Of a stretch of DNA of 64,000 bases, positions 12,519 through 26,317 are shown piece after piece; positions within the stretch are counted from its first letter, which is position 1; the number at the start of each line of letters is the position of its first letter. A program made the translations under genes and the position numbers. Source of the DNA: Vicugna vicugna. Taxonomy: Eukaryota. Location: positions 372,001 through 436,000 of the forward strand of contig MU057744.1 in assembly GCA_013265495.1 (NCBI GenBank), given 5' to 3'. A model generated the notes under the pieces. The model did no database searches. It was not told the DNA's origin and saw nothing but the letters and a program-made list of their open reading frames with translations.

Positions 12519-13869
12519 CTGAAAAGGAGAAGAGAGTTTGAGAAAAATGCTATAGCAAACTTAAGACTCAGAACTTACAACACGCTGTGCACTAATACCC
12601 AGCAGAAGTACAGCTGTCCGGCTCCGGGAGGCAGGGACACAGGAACTGGGCACATGGCTAGCGCGAGGACAAACGGGCATGCTCCCTCTGGAGAGCGACG
12701 CCTCAGCTCCTCGCTAGGCCGGGCTGAAGGCGTGCTGGCGACGTGTTAAGTCCACGTGCAGATGTGGCCCTAGACACTGTGTGTGCCACGCTCACAAGGA
12801 CACTTACTGCAGCAGCGTTACTGACAGCAGGAAAATGGAACTGGCCTAAGCGCCCAGAGACAAGGGCTACACTGTGGTATGTTTACGTGAGGGAAACACA
12901 GCAGGTAAAAAACCTAACCCCATCTCGCATGTGAACAGCGATGGCACCGAAAACCAATGCTGAGCGAGAAAAAGAATCTTGTCAACTGAAACGTACATAT
13001 GATACCACAAATTATAAATGACAAAGTACCAGAAACTCCATGGGATGAACGTACACGGGTGGTGGAAGGCAGAAAACTAAGAACAAGAGGGCACATGGGA
13101 ATTTCAGGACAGCGGGGTCCCCTCGAGGGGAAGGGAGAGGGACAGGGCGGGGGAGGACTGGGGGGGCTTCGACTGTTTCTAGAATGCTTTTTCTCTGAAA
13201 AAAAAAGGAGGCAAATATGACAAAATGTAAATGTGTGAATTCTGCAGCAAGCACATGGGCGTTCTTTGCAGCAGCCCGTCTGGTTTATCTACAGTATCTT
13301 GTAACACACATGGCTACCGTGTGCTTCACAGACAGTTTAACTACCGCCTCCTGAGCTGCCAGTCACTTGTCATGTTTGTGGAGGACTAGCCTCATGAGGC
13401 AGCTCTTTCTCTAGGGCAGGGCTTTCTCAACTGTCTCAATCAAATTAGGAAGTTTCTGAATAAAAAGTGGCCGAGGGCTGGGGAAAGGAAACTGGGAGGG
13501 AACGTGGCGTGCTGCTCTCTACGCCTCATACCTGCAGACAGGCTGGGGCTGGGGGCGGGGAGGACCTGTATTTGATTTCCACCCCCGCCATGGTCTGCGA
13601 GGTACGGGACACATGGCACGTTTCTGGGCCTCAGTATTGTCACCTGTGAAAGGAGGAGCGGGGCTCCATCAGTGGCTCCCTCAGAATGCTCACTGAGGTA
13701 GAGATTCCTAGGCCCCAGGCCTAAAGATGTAGCAGGTCTGGGGTGCAGCCCAGGGAGCTGTGTTTCTAACCTGGGACTTTCCTGTAACTTTGCTGCAGCT
13801 ACCCTTGAGAAACACAGGCCTAAATGACCTTGGGTCCCTTCCAACTCTTACACTCAACTGTGGCGTCTT

Positions 13870-13988
13870 CACAGCTCAGCAGTAGAGCACGTGCCTAGCA
13901 CACACAAGGTCCTGGGTTCAATCCCTGGTGCCTCCTCTAAAAATAAGTAAACCTAATTATCCCCTTCCCCCCAAAAAGCTAAAAAAAT
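13870..13988 (+). mobile_element. tRNA-derived SINE (Vic-1-like), slightly 5' truncated
   Basis: agctcagcagtagagc (A box) ... ggttcaatccc (B box) ... taaacctaattatcccc + A tail. Confidence 0.8.
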
Positions 13989-15660
13989 CAATTAAAAATA
14001 AGGATAGATATACACAATTTAACACCTGAAGGAAAGAGAATGTTACAAAACTGCAGTAATAGGAAAAGGGTTGATAACAAGATCAGATGAGAAACTAAGT
14101 ACAGGCTTTTTCATTCACCAGTTGTACGTTTTGTTTTGTACTAACGCACGTATCTGAAATGTGTGAGTATACAGAAGTACGTCTGCGTGTGTTTTAAGTC
14201 TGATCATCTGTCCAGGTGCTATTTAAAAGAATCGCATGGTTACAGCCTCTCAAACTTCAAAGGCATCAAATCCATTTAGGGAACTTGTTAAAATACAGGT
14301 ATCTGAGCTCCAATCCTGAAGATTTTTAACTCTGTAGGTTGAGGTAGGGCCCAGGAGAGACACCAACGCCCAAGAAAATTTGAAAACTTGTGTACCATGT
14401 GATTCTTCTAAATACCATAGATCCTCAGCTTTTTAAAAACTTATATACAGATTTTCAGATATATCCAAGTACATGAGAAGAAAACCTATTCATTTAAATT
14501 CCCTTTACCCTAAAACTTGAGTTATTTCTCTCTTGTTTGAAAGGGATTGTCCTCAGACAAGGCTTAATCCATTGGCCTCAGTGAGAGAAAATTTATGCTC
14601 AACAGCTGTTTCAGGAACAGGAGCTGCTCCCTGTAGACCAGTTTGGTGCCGGAAGTCTCGAGGGCCCCTCAAGGTTTTCAAAACTCCTGACGGTACAAAC
14701 TTGAACTAACTGGCAAGAGGAAGGAAGCTGCTAGACGTTAAGTCAGATGGTGTGGTAGCACTTGTACCTGGCCCCCAAGAGTGGCCTGACCCCTCGTCTG
14801 AGTTCCCCAGGGCCCGGCCATCAGCTGGCCTCTGGTGAGCTACACTGATACCTTCCTTGACAGAGTGGTTTCACGGTTTTATGAAAAATCTCTGGACTAA
14901 AATTAAGGATCCCTAAATTTTTAAATCTCTTTTAATGGCAAGCTTGTGGGCAAAACCTAGGTACCTGTTCCAGCCTAGTATTAACGGCTGATCTAAGAAC
15001 AGAAATACTTCTAATGCAGAAACACTGGAAATAAAGATGCTAGAAATAAAAAAGCCACGGCCCATTCACATCCTCAGACTGCTGGCAGAGGCCTCGAACA
15101 GAGGGTCTGCCCACCCGCAGCTCTGCGCTGCTGAGGGAGCCCCCTGGAGACTCGCCTTGCAGAATCCGGCCTCTGCCTTCCCAGGCACTGTGAGCCTTTG
15201 GGGAAGCTGTCCTGATCCTTTTACAGGAACCCAGGATCCGCAGGGCTTTGCGAGCCAGAGAGAAGCACTGGGCAGAGCCTCTCTTCACCAAGTGATGACC
15301 AGGACACACGGCCAACAGCAAGTGTGCGGACAAGAGTTTTTCCTTCTGAAAGATGACAAGTGCAGAACTCGGGATTCGCAGATGCGGGGAGTAAAAGGAG
15401 CGTCGCTCGGGAAGACAAACAGCCACTTCTTTTTGGGGGTGATGGGAATGGTCTGGAGTTAGTGGAGAGGGTTGCAGAACTCAATATACTAAAAACCACT
15501 GACTCAAACACTTAAAAGAGGTAAATTACAGGGTATGTGAATTATATATCAACAAAACTATTACTTTCAATGACAAAAAAAAAATTACCCTTCATGTTCA
15601 GAGTATGAAGATTAGGTAGGTGAGAGTACGTATGCTTTTCGACTCAGCCAGCTGACTTAC

Positions 15661-15739
15661 CCTGAATAGTGAAAATAAAACCGCCTGCGACTCCCTCCGC
15701 ACCTTCCGTGAATTCATGGGGCAACGCCCCCTCCCCAGC
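15661..15739 (-). CDS. B3GALNT2: B3GALNT2 exon 7
   Basis: cctttcag|GCT ... CAGG|gtaagt; [26 protein letters not shown]; 79 bp. Confidence 0.95.
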
Positions 15740-17981
15740 CTGAAAGGAAAGAGAACAGAAGTGCTCGATGTTTCATTACTGAAGGTACACTTCTTATTTG
15801 TGAAAACTGAGTCGGCAAAACTCATCATGTGACTGGTCCACAGCACACAAAGCTGCCCAGGGTACTGGTCCACCAGGCAGCTCTGCCGCGGGGTGACAGC
15901 AGCGTTCTGCCACTCGCGCTGTCAACGACAGTGCCCACGATCTGGTCCAGCAGTCCAGACAGTGTTCCGAATTCCAACTCACATAGTCATGTATTCTTGA
16001 ACTTGCCACCGACAATATCACAAAGACTGATTTTATTTTACATCCTGGCCCCACCATGTGAAAAAATTATTGCCACCTTTGGTTTCTTGGAGATTGAAAA
16101 TGCCCGTGAGTTCAAATTCATCAGATTCCTCGAGGCACATGTTTAAACATCACTATTACCCGGCAGAGAAGAGCCCCTCCAAGCACACAGTTCAGACGAG
16201 CCCGATGACTCATGTTGTTGCAGGAGCCTGGACGTGCCTGTGCCCACTGCCAGCAACAGTCCCTCCTACCTCCTGGGGCTGGGAGACCCTTTGTGACCAG
16301 AGACTGACTCCTCCTCACCTCACCAGGCACACGATGCCCCGCCTCCGTGCTGCACAGCACTCATCCCACCGGCCCTGCCCTGGGTCTGGGTCTGCTTCAG
16401 CTCGGCCACGGCACTTCCTCCGCACACTCACCTAAGAGGGCCTACGGCTTGGCTGTTCCTCCTCTGAACAGATCCTTCTAGCAGAGCTGTGCTGCACAGA
16501 GCAGTTACTTCACGGCTGGGAGAGAGACAGCAGTGCTCGGAGGCCATCTAATTCCGAACACCCGGCAGCTGAGTGCAGAGGGAATCTCCGACGGTGAACG
16601 CTACAGATTCCAACCTTGCAGTCCCATAAAAGACTGCATGTGCATTTTAAAAATTGTACACTCTGTATTGTTTTGGCTTGTTTAGAACTTAACAGTACTT
16701 TTTGGTTTTTAACTTCTACTGAAAAGGTCACAGCCTGACTTGTCTTTAAAGTTTTTGTGACATCACTACTTGCTGGCAAGGGGCAAGACTTTGGAGAACT
16801 TTGGGCTTCATACATTTATGATGAAAACTTTTACTTATTTGCACATGGGTTTCTTAGAACAGGCTACTAAGTCATCTGCCTTTCTGGGGGTTAGCTGAGT
16901 GTGTAAGCTGTCTTTCGTCCTCCACAACCATATTCACCCAGAGCAGGTCCTGTGAATCTTTATATTTAAACCGAGCCCTCAATTCAGAAGTGAACTGATT
17001 TCCTTTTGTGCAGCCAACTAAATATTACAGAATTCTGGCACATTTTGGACTTTTTAAACTTTCATAAACAGAAAAGGAAGCAAGATATTAAAGGCTTTGA
17101 AAATAAGGAAAGAAAAAAAACCCTAATTCCATAAAATATTGTATCTTAAATAAACGACTTTTCATAAAATCAAGGATGAAATCCTAAACCTGGCCTTCAA
17201 GGCTAAGGTTGTAATTATCCATGAATCTGTGGGTCTTTTTTCCTCACTGGACTGTAAGTTCCACTGTGGGCCAGTCCTGGGCCTGTTGTGTCCACAGCTG
17301 CGCCTGGCTGACCACACGTGTGCACAAGTGTTTTCAAATTCAGGGGTTAATTCATGTGAATAAAGTTAACATCTAATGAAAATATACTGAGCTTGTGAAT
17401 TTAAATGCCAAGTGCTTCCAATGATTCTGTGACACCAGCACACACACCACTTGCTTAGAGCGCATCATTTTCAGTTTGCCTACACTTTGTCATCCTGCAT
17501 TTACTGTGAGAAACTTACCTGTCAAACTGTTTTAAATTTTAAGAAAATGTGGTAACTGAAAAATGTAACTCAGGAACCCCAGCAACGTCAGCGACAGGGA
17601 GTACTCAGGCTTACTTCCTGATGCTTTTCTCTGCAGTATTTTAACCGACATCATACCATCAAGGTGAGACCATGAATATTCTCAATACTGTACATAAAGC
17701 ATGTTGACTTAAAAACGATTGAGAAACAAAACACTACACTTTCTAAAACGCACTAATCTTAAGGCAAAACTATGTATTTACTCAGGTTGAAGTTATAAAA
17801 TCACAGAACATTTGAGTTTTTCATCTTTACTATGGTGACTCAACATTTTCTAGTACATATGTTGTAAAACACATAAGAGTCATTGTTCCATATGAGTTGG
17901 TACAAAAGTAAACTTAAAGACCCTTCCACATGTTAAAAAACAGGAAGGTCCGCCGCCCCCTCCCACAAAGGACTGACTCAC

Positions 17982-18092
17982 CGTAAGGACTCTGAGAACC
18001 CCTCCTCCGTCATTTACTGCCACCCTGTGGAGGTTCCTGGACACCAGGCCTTGGAGGTCTTGGCTCTCCCACACGATCGTACCTTCAAAGCT
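17982..18092 (-). CDS. B3GALNT2: B3GALNT2 exon 6
   Basis: cacaaaag|AGC ... ACG|gtgagt; [37 protein letters not shown]; 111 bp. Confidence 0.94.
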
Positions 18093-19400
18093 CTTTTGTG
18101 GAACAAGGTGAACAGTGAGTCAGTTTCTCTACTGCTGGCATGTAGGTTCTCAGCACGTCTTTGGAGAGGAGTTTTTCCTAAGACACAGATTCTTAGTGCA
18201 CGCTCTAACGCACCAGTGCTAACACTGTGGTGTGTGTCTTAGAGGCATTTTTTTTGTGCTCATCTAAAATAACAAAGACCAGTTTCACATGCTGCTGTCT
18301 GTCTTTGTCCACTGTCTCAAAGGCATTTCCTCACGCACCTGCAGCTGACCACTCCTTTCCAAGTGCTTGTAACAATGCCACTGAGTGGAGGCGTCCTGAT
18401 CCACTCACAGGTCCCTGCTGTCCAGCATTTTCAGGCTACCAGATACCTACTAAAATAATCCGAGGCATGTTCTGATGTAAATGTTTATTTTCCCCTCAAC
18501 GCTTTGTTTTTTTATTTAAAATAAATTCCCAAAGGTGAAATGACTGGGAAAGAACAGATATGTCGGATATGGATTTTAATACACATTGCCAACCTGCTTT
18601 TCAAAAGCAAATTACACTTGGAGGGTCATTAGCAATTTACGAGAATGCCGCTGCCTGTACTTGTCCCAGTGTGGGGTATTAGTCAAAGAAAAGAAGGTCA
18701 CGCCAATTTAGCAGATTTAAGAAATGGCTCCTCATTTAATTGGTGCGTCTTCTGATTTGTAATGATGTTTATGAATTACACAGTCTCTTCTGGGAACTGC
18801 CTTGTCATACTTCTTTGCCACGTACCTAGTGAGTTTTATGTTTCTTATTAATCCATTAAATTTATTTTAATAAATTATCTTAATAAGAATACTTTTTTCA
18901 GAATTGTCTGCCGCTTAATATGGCAGTTTTTTTGAAATTCAAAAATGCATAAATTTTATCTTGTCCAATCTGACAAGCTTTTCCTTTGTGATTATTACCA
19001 TTAAATTTGGAGCTTAGAAAGTTACACTCTGTGCCCCATATGAATTCCAGTGTCTCCTAACTTCTCCACAGTCCCACTTGGAGCATCTGCGCTCAGCTGG
19101 CTCCTCAGTGCCGCCAGGTCTCAGCTCACCGTCACCTCCTGGGGAGGCTTTCTCCACAGTCAACTCCCGATTTCTCTCTCACATCAGCCTGTCTTACTCT
19201 CTTAAAACCACTTACCACTCTTGACATTTATTTTTCTATTGTCAAATGGACTCCTCCCACTAGACTGCAAACACCACAAGAGCCATGATCTTGACTGTCT
19301 TACCAACCTCTATACCCCCAGCACCTAGCATGCCGGGCGTGTAACAGGCACTCAGATAAACAACTGAGTAAAATGGAACTCAAAATCCATTAGAATTAAT

Positions 19401-20020
19401 TCTGGGCATGTATCTGGAGAAAACTCTAACTCAAAAAGATACATGCACCCCAATGTTCACAGCAGCACTGTTTACAACAGCCAAGACATGGAAGCAACCT
19501 AAATGTCCACTGGCAGATGACTGGATACAGAAGTTGTGACCTATTTATGCAATGGAGTACTACTCAGCCATAAAAAGAAAACAATGCCATTTGCAGCAAC
19601 ATGGATGGACCTAGAGATGATCATACTAAGTGAAGCAAGTCAGACAGATGAATATCATATGATATCAACTTATATGTAGAATCTGAAAAAAAAAAGATAA
19701 TAAATGAACTTATTTACAAACCAGAAATAGATTCAGACACAGAAGACAAATCAGTTGCCAAAGGGGAAATGGGGTGGTGAGGTGAGGGATAAATTAGGAG
19801 TTTGGGATTAACAGATACACACTACTACATATAAAACAGATAAACAACAAGGACCCACAGTACAGCACAGGACACTATACTCAGTATCTTGTAATAATGT
19901 GTAGTGGAAATGAATCTGAAAAAGGATATGTATGCGTACGTGTAGCTGAATCACTGCTGTGTACCTGAAACTAACACAACATTGTACATCAACTACACTT
20001 CAATAAAAATAAATAAAATA
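19401..20020 (+). mobile_element. LINE-1, 5'-truncated (end of ORF2, 3'UTR, A tail)
   Basis: caaaaagatacatgcaccccaatgttcacagcagcactg...gacatggaagcaacctaaatgtcc; ends caataaaaataaataaaata. Confidence 0.9.
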
Positions 20021-21137
20021 ATCCTGGTATACAGCAGGAGCTTAACGATTCAGCTTCAGTTATTCTAAAAGCACTTCACATATTAAAATTAAAAGATAAA
20101 GGACTTTACAGTAATGTCTCCTTTAGCCAGCATTATAAGGAAACTATGCAAAACTGAAGCTGTCCAATTAGCTAGGTCAATGGTTTGCAAGGTTTTTTTG
20201 TTTTTTTTTTAAATAAAACTCCTCTACCAAAGATACAAACACAGAGACTCTGGACCCCTCGGGCAGTGTGCTGTTCGATGCTGACCTAACGTATCTTTGA
20301 ACTTCATGGTTTGGGACACTCCTGGTGGCCTCGGGCTCCTCAGAGCAGATCCTGCAGACATGCCTGGTGTCCGCATTCCCCAGCCTTTGAAACAGAGAAC
20401 GTCACACCCACCTGAGGGGCTGTTGGAGGATGACTGAGTGAGTGATGATGGGTACAGGGAGGTGTCTGCTCAGCAAGTACATGCAGCTTTCGTACCACAG
20501 ACGGACACAGGGTCAAGCGGCCCTTGGCAAGATTCCACTTCCTCATCTGGAACAGCGGCTGCTTATTTCTGTACTTCCCTGGGTGGCCTCAGCTCTTTAC
20601 TGAACTTGATGTTCATGAACCTCAATTCTTTTTGCAAAAACCAAGACGCATTCTTGCCAATAGATAAATACACAGAAGAATCAAAAAAGACCAGGAAGGA
20701 AGGAATACACCAAGAATGCTGGGCAACAGACGGGTGACATCATATCCTTTTAACTTTTCCCTATTTCTGTCAAGTTTCAACAGCGAATATGTATTACTTT
20801 CATAAATTTTCCTATTTTTACAATCAGGAAAAACATTTTTGAAACTAAACATATGTACATGACTAAACCTGAGGGTCAATCTTCTTTCAGACATGAGCCA
20901 TTATTTCAACTTTTGAGTGTCTTCTGTGCACCAGGCGGTGGGCTCTGTATCTGAAGACTGAAAGAAAAAAAGAATCAGCCGTAGCTTTCAGTAAGTGTAA
21001 CATGCCAGAAGAGGCTCCGCAAGGAAGGGAAGTCATTCTGCTGGGGGAGGTCAGACAGCATGTCTAAAGCCGGGAGAGCTGAGCTACGTCTTAAAGGAGT
21101 CTGAGTCAGAAAAAACAGGAGGTAGAGAAAATAACAC

Positions 21138-21799
21138 ATGAACAACTATATGGAAACAAACTGGACAACCTAGAAGAAATGGACAAGTTTCTGGAAACAT
21201 ACAGTCCACCAAGACTGAATCAAGAAGAAACAGACCACTTAAACAGACCAATCACTAGAAATGAAATAGAATCAGCAATAAAAAACCTCCCTACAAACAA
21301 AAGTCCAGGGCCAGACGGCTTCACTGGGGAATTCTACCAAACAAAAGAAGAGCTCATACCGATCCTTCTCAAACTCTTCCAAAAGACTGAAAAGGAGGGA
21401 ACACTCCCAAACTCATTCCATGAGAACACCATCACCCTGATACCAAAACCAGACAAAGACACCACCAAAAAAAAAAATTACAGGCCAATATCATTGATGA
21501 ACATAGATGCAAAAATCCTCAACAAAATTTTAGCAAACAGAACCCAACAACATATAGAAAAGATCATACACCATGATCACACTGGATCCACCCCAGGGAC
21601 ACTAGGCTGGTTCAGCACAGGCAAATCGACCAACATGACACACCACACCAACAAGAGAAAGGACAAAAACGACATGATCATCTCAATAGATGCAGAAAAA
21701 AGCATTTGATAAAATTCAACACCCATGTATGATAAAAACTCTTACCAAAGCGTGTATAGAGCAAACATATCTCAACATAATAAAAGCTATTAAAAAAAA
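21138..21799 (+). mobile_element. LINE-1 ORF2 internal fragment (Z domain and start of RT)
   Basis: ORF 21179-21709: [14 protein letters not shown]...[22 protein letters not shown]...MIISIDAEK. Confidence 0.95.
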
Positions 21800-22117
21800 T
21801 AGCATATGAACAGGCAGACCTGAAACAGCACTGCATGTTCAGAAAACTGTCAGGTAGTGTGGCACCGCCAAGGCGCCAGGCTGAGGAGGGGAGGGAAAGG
21901 GAGGTGGGGCTGGCCCTGCTGGAGCAGCCTGCCCCCTCCCGGAAGGCAGTGGGAAGCACGGAGCAGGAGGGCAACAGCATCCCACCTACGGCTTCAGAGC
22001 CGCCCTCCAATACCAGAGAGGCAGCACGCGGAGGCCGCGGGGAGAGCGGTAATGAGGCTATTTCAGAGTTCAGGTGAGAAGTCAACACCTGTCTTAGGAA
22101 TTAAGACTGCCCTCTGA

Positions 22118-23850
22118 GAAAGGAATGAAGACACAAATAAATGGGAAGATATTCCATGACCACGGACTGGAAGAATTAAAAACTGTTAAAATGGGGGGTT
22201 GAGCCAAGATGGTGGAGTGGAGAGACTCCGCTCGCCCACCCCCACAAACACATCGAGAATTACATCTACAAACCCATCAAATCGCACAGAACACCTACTG
22301 AACTCTGGCAGAGTGTCTCTTGCTTCCAAATACAGGATTCCTTACAAAATCCGATAAACAACAAGTTCATACGGTATATCACAAGGAACTATATTCAACA
22401 TCCTGTAGTCACTTTTGGTGAAAATATGAAAACAAATATATGTATGTTCATGTATGACTGAAGCATTGTGCTGTACACCAGAAACTGACACAACATTGTA
22501 AGTGGACTAGACTTCAATAAAAACAAAATACATATATACAAAAAAATAGCTTTTGAGGCATTAAAAAAACTTAAAATATCCATAAAACACATAGAACCTG
22601 CAGATTAAGTTTAATCCCTATCAAAATTCCAATGGCATTTCTCACAGAAATATTACAAACAATCCTAAACTTTGTGTGGAATCACGAAAGACCCCGATGG
22701 CCAAAGCAATCTAGAGAAGAAGCACAAAGCTGGAGGCATCATGTGCCCTGATTTCAAACTATACTACAAAGCTGTAGTCATCAAAACAGTACGGTGCTGG
22801 CCTAAAACAGACACATAGAGCAATGGAACAGGACAGAGCCCAGAGATAAACCCAGGCATATATGGTCCATTAATCCACAACAAAGAAGCCAAGAATATAC
22901 AATGGGGAAAGGACAGTCTCTTCAATACACAGTGCTGGGAAAACCGGACAGCCACACGTTGAACACAAATGAAAGCGGACCACGAACTCATGCCACACAC
23001 AAACATCAACTCAAGATGGATTAAAAGCTTGAACGTAAGACCTGACACCATGGAACTCCTATAAGAAAGCATAAGCAGTAAGCTACTTGACATCAGTCTT
23101 GGGTATGACTTTCTGAATTTGACACTAAAAGCAAAAGCAACAAAAGTAAAAATAAACAGGTAGGGCTACATCAAACTAAAAATCTTCTGCACAGCAAAGG
23201 AAACCATCAACAACTTGAAAAGGCAACCTACCATATAGGAGAAAATATCTGTGAAATCATGTATCTGATAAGAAGCTGATATTCAAAGTACATAAAGAAC
23301 TCATACAACTCAACAGCAAAAGCCAAAGAATCCAATTTTAAAAAATGGACAGAGTATCTGAATAGACATTTTCCAAAGACACACAGATGGTCATCAGGTA
23401 CATGAAACGGTGCTCAGCATCACTAGTCATAAGGGAGCTGCAAATCAAAACCACAATGAGATGTCACCTCACACCTGTTAGAACAGCTATCATCAAATAG
23501 ACAAGAAATAACAAGTGCTGGTGAGGATTGTAGAAAAGGGAACTTTTGGGCACTGTTGATGGAAATGTAATTTGGTGAAGCCACTATAGAAAAAAGTTTG
23601 GAGGGTCTTCAAAACATTAAAAATAAAACTAACATCTGATCCAGCAATTTCACTTCTGGGTGTTTACCCAACAGAAATGAAAACATGATCTCTAAAAGAT
23701 ACCTGAACCCCGTGTTCACTGCAGCACTATTTACAACAGCCAAGGCAGGTCAGCAACCTAGTCTTAAGTGTCCATCAATGGATGAATCGTTGAAGAAAAT
23801 GGCATATCTATATACAGTGGAGTATTACTCAGCCATAAAAAGAATGAAAT
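22118..23850 (+). mobile_element. Decayed LINE-1 ORF2 3' half, interrupted by an insertion at 22193-22563
   Basis: Typical L1 motifs (aaagctggaggcatc, ggacagtctcttcaat, caaatcaaaaccacaatgag, tattactcagccataaaaag) with many stops and frameshifts. Confidence 0.9.
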
Positions 23851-25396
23851 CAAATCCTAATGATTAATATTTAAGAGGAAAACAAAAGAGGAAACAAAGT
23901 ACAGGGAAGAAGACCAGGCCAGATGAAGCTGAACCAGAAGAACGGACATCGTGCGAGCTGAGAGAAAACCGCAGGCCCCCAGGGCAAGGAGTAAAGTGTC
24001 CCCGGGAGTTGGCAGCAGGTCTCAGGAATCTTAGTGACTGTAGTGCCAAATGAACCCTGCCAGAGTAAGAGCCATAGGGACCAAATCAAAGCTTCGCCTG
24101 GAAACTAGAAATCTAGCAAGTATGATGAAGGACAAGTAACTCTCTGTCCGGTCCACTCAGTTGACACCTGGCACCTGACTGCCATTTCTCCTGCCCAGCA
24201 CCCAACTCCATTTTGTTTGATGGGGTCATGATTAACATCAACAGTGTTGACTAGATTGAGTAATTACCAGAAAAACTCATTGGCCAAGAAAGTGATCCTG
24301 GTTTACTCACTCCATTTACATCATCCACCAGCTGTTCTGTTATTAGGGAAGGGAGATGCTCTGTCCTCCCCAGCTCTCCTGCACCTGCTCTGTGTCAGTT
24401 AAATTTCTCCTTCCCACTTCCTTTCTTACAAGCCTGCTTTTTCCTTCCTGGTACAAAGTCATCACAAAGCCAGGAATCTCTGCAGATGTGAAACAACCTG
24501 TCTGTGGCAGTTCCCTGCTAAGATCACAGAACCACAGTAAAAGGGAGAACACAGCATGGTACAGGTTGGGAAAATGAGTGCCGCCAAGCCCTGTCCCCTG
24601 TGACAGAAGCAGCTCGTGCTGTTCATTCTTCTGTGTCTTACTCCAAATAAGCATGTAAGTACCCCTAACGCTAACAAGAACGTCTTTTGTGACTCAGGTT
24701 GAATGAAAATAGTCTTTTTCTTGAAATCAGTCTCAGGTGCACCACTAAGGAAAATATGAAATTAGAGAAGTAAATATTTTAAGCAAAACACACAGCAGTC
24801 TCCACTTAAGCCTGTGACCCCTGCTGAGATTTACGCTCTAGTGAGTCACAGAGAAAACACCACAAGAGACCTGCTCAGCGGACACGTGTTCCTCCAGCGG
24901 CCTGTGAGGTGTGGGGGGCAGGAGATGACGGACGTGCCATCTGCCTCTCCCCCTCGGGTGGGGTGATCGATCTGTGTCTCTCCTGCCGTCCTTCGCTGAC
25001 AACAGGCCAACAGGCAGGCAAACCCACCCCTTCTCCACTTTCATTTCTCTCTGTGCAAGTCAGCCCACTTAGGTCTGATGCAGCAAAAGTGACTGTCCAT
25101 GCGAAATCAAACGCAGTTTCAGCAAAAATAGGATTTTGTGTAAAAGGAAAGAATATTTTATGTTAAAAAGTTTATTTTTTCTTTTAATAAAGCTAATACA
25201 TATTTACTTCAGAACATTTAGGAAATAGATACCCAAAAAGAAGGAAATGAAGATCCATAATCTTACTCCCTCAAATGGAGACACTATTAAATAACTGGGT
25301 GTTTATAAAAGAAAAAAGCATTACTCAGATATAATGAGAAATCAAAAGCCAATGTAGCTTAAAGCTCAAAGGGAAATGAAGATCAAAAGGCTATGT

Positions 25397-25833
25397 GAAA
25401 AGACACCTGCACCCCAGTGTTCAAAGCAGCACTGCATACAGGAGCCAAGACATGGAAGCGACCTAAATGCCCATCGAGAGGTGACTAGATGAAGAAGTTG
25501 TGGTATATTTATACGATGGAATACTACTCAGCCATCAAAAGAATAAAATAATGTCATTTGCAGCAACATGGATGGACCCAGAGATCGTCACTCTAAGTGA
25601 AGTAAGCCAGAAAGAGAAAGTATCATATGATATCGCTCATATGTGGAATTAAAAAAAAAAAAGACACTATGAACTCATCTACAAAACAGAAACAGACTCA
25701 CAAACCTAAACAATCTTATGGTTACCAGGGAAAGGGGGTGGAAAGGGATAAATTTGGGAGTTTGAGATTTACAAATATTAGCCACTATATATAAAAATAG
25801 ATTTTAAAAAGTTTCTTTTGCATAAAAAAAAAA
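25397..25833 (+). mobile_element. LINE-1 3' end
   Basis: aaaagacacctgcacccc...gaagtaagccagaaagagaaag...3'UTR, A tail; degenerate TSD atca(a/c)aaggct. Confidence 0.88.
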
Positions 25834-26317
25834 ATCACAAGGCTGTAGCCAGTACAAGTCTTACTAATGTAAAAGGCCGCCCCCTGATGTGGCCGAGTGT
25901 CCCCTCAGCAGTGCCTATGGCCACGTGTACCATCCTCAACACTGGCAGGGAAGACAAGCCCTTGCCCCAACCTAGTTTTTATTTTCATAAACATCAACCC
26001 TACAAAAAACCTGAAGATGAACACCCAGACACTGAAGGCAGCCACTGGCCACGTGTGCTTTATTTCTGTCCGTAAACAGACTTTTCTGTTCGCTGTCGAA
26101 TCATTTGAAAGTAAAATGCATTTCACCTTTACTTCCTAAGGACAAGGACATGCTGACAGAAGGGTAGTATTTCGTTGTGAACAAAATCAAAAACTGTAAT
26201 TCTCTCTGTGAGGCTGACTGAGATAACGGAGTAGACCCCGTAAAATTGTGATTAGCCTGAAGTTAAGGTTAAAGCTTATCTCTTCCCGCGCTGCCCCACA
26301 CTGTGACTCCTTCCTCT

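Noticed and set aside
21179..21709. 176-aa reverse-transcriptase-like ORF as a novel RT system
   Set aside because: Ordinary LINE-1 ORF2 fragment with a frameshift at its end and no catalytic core.
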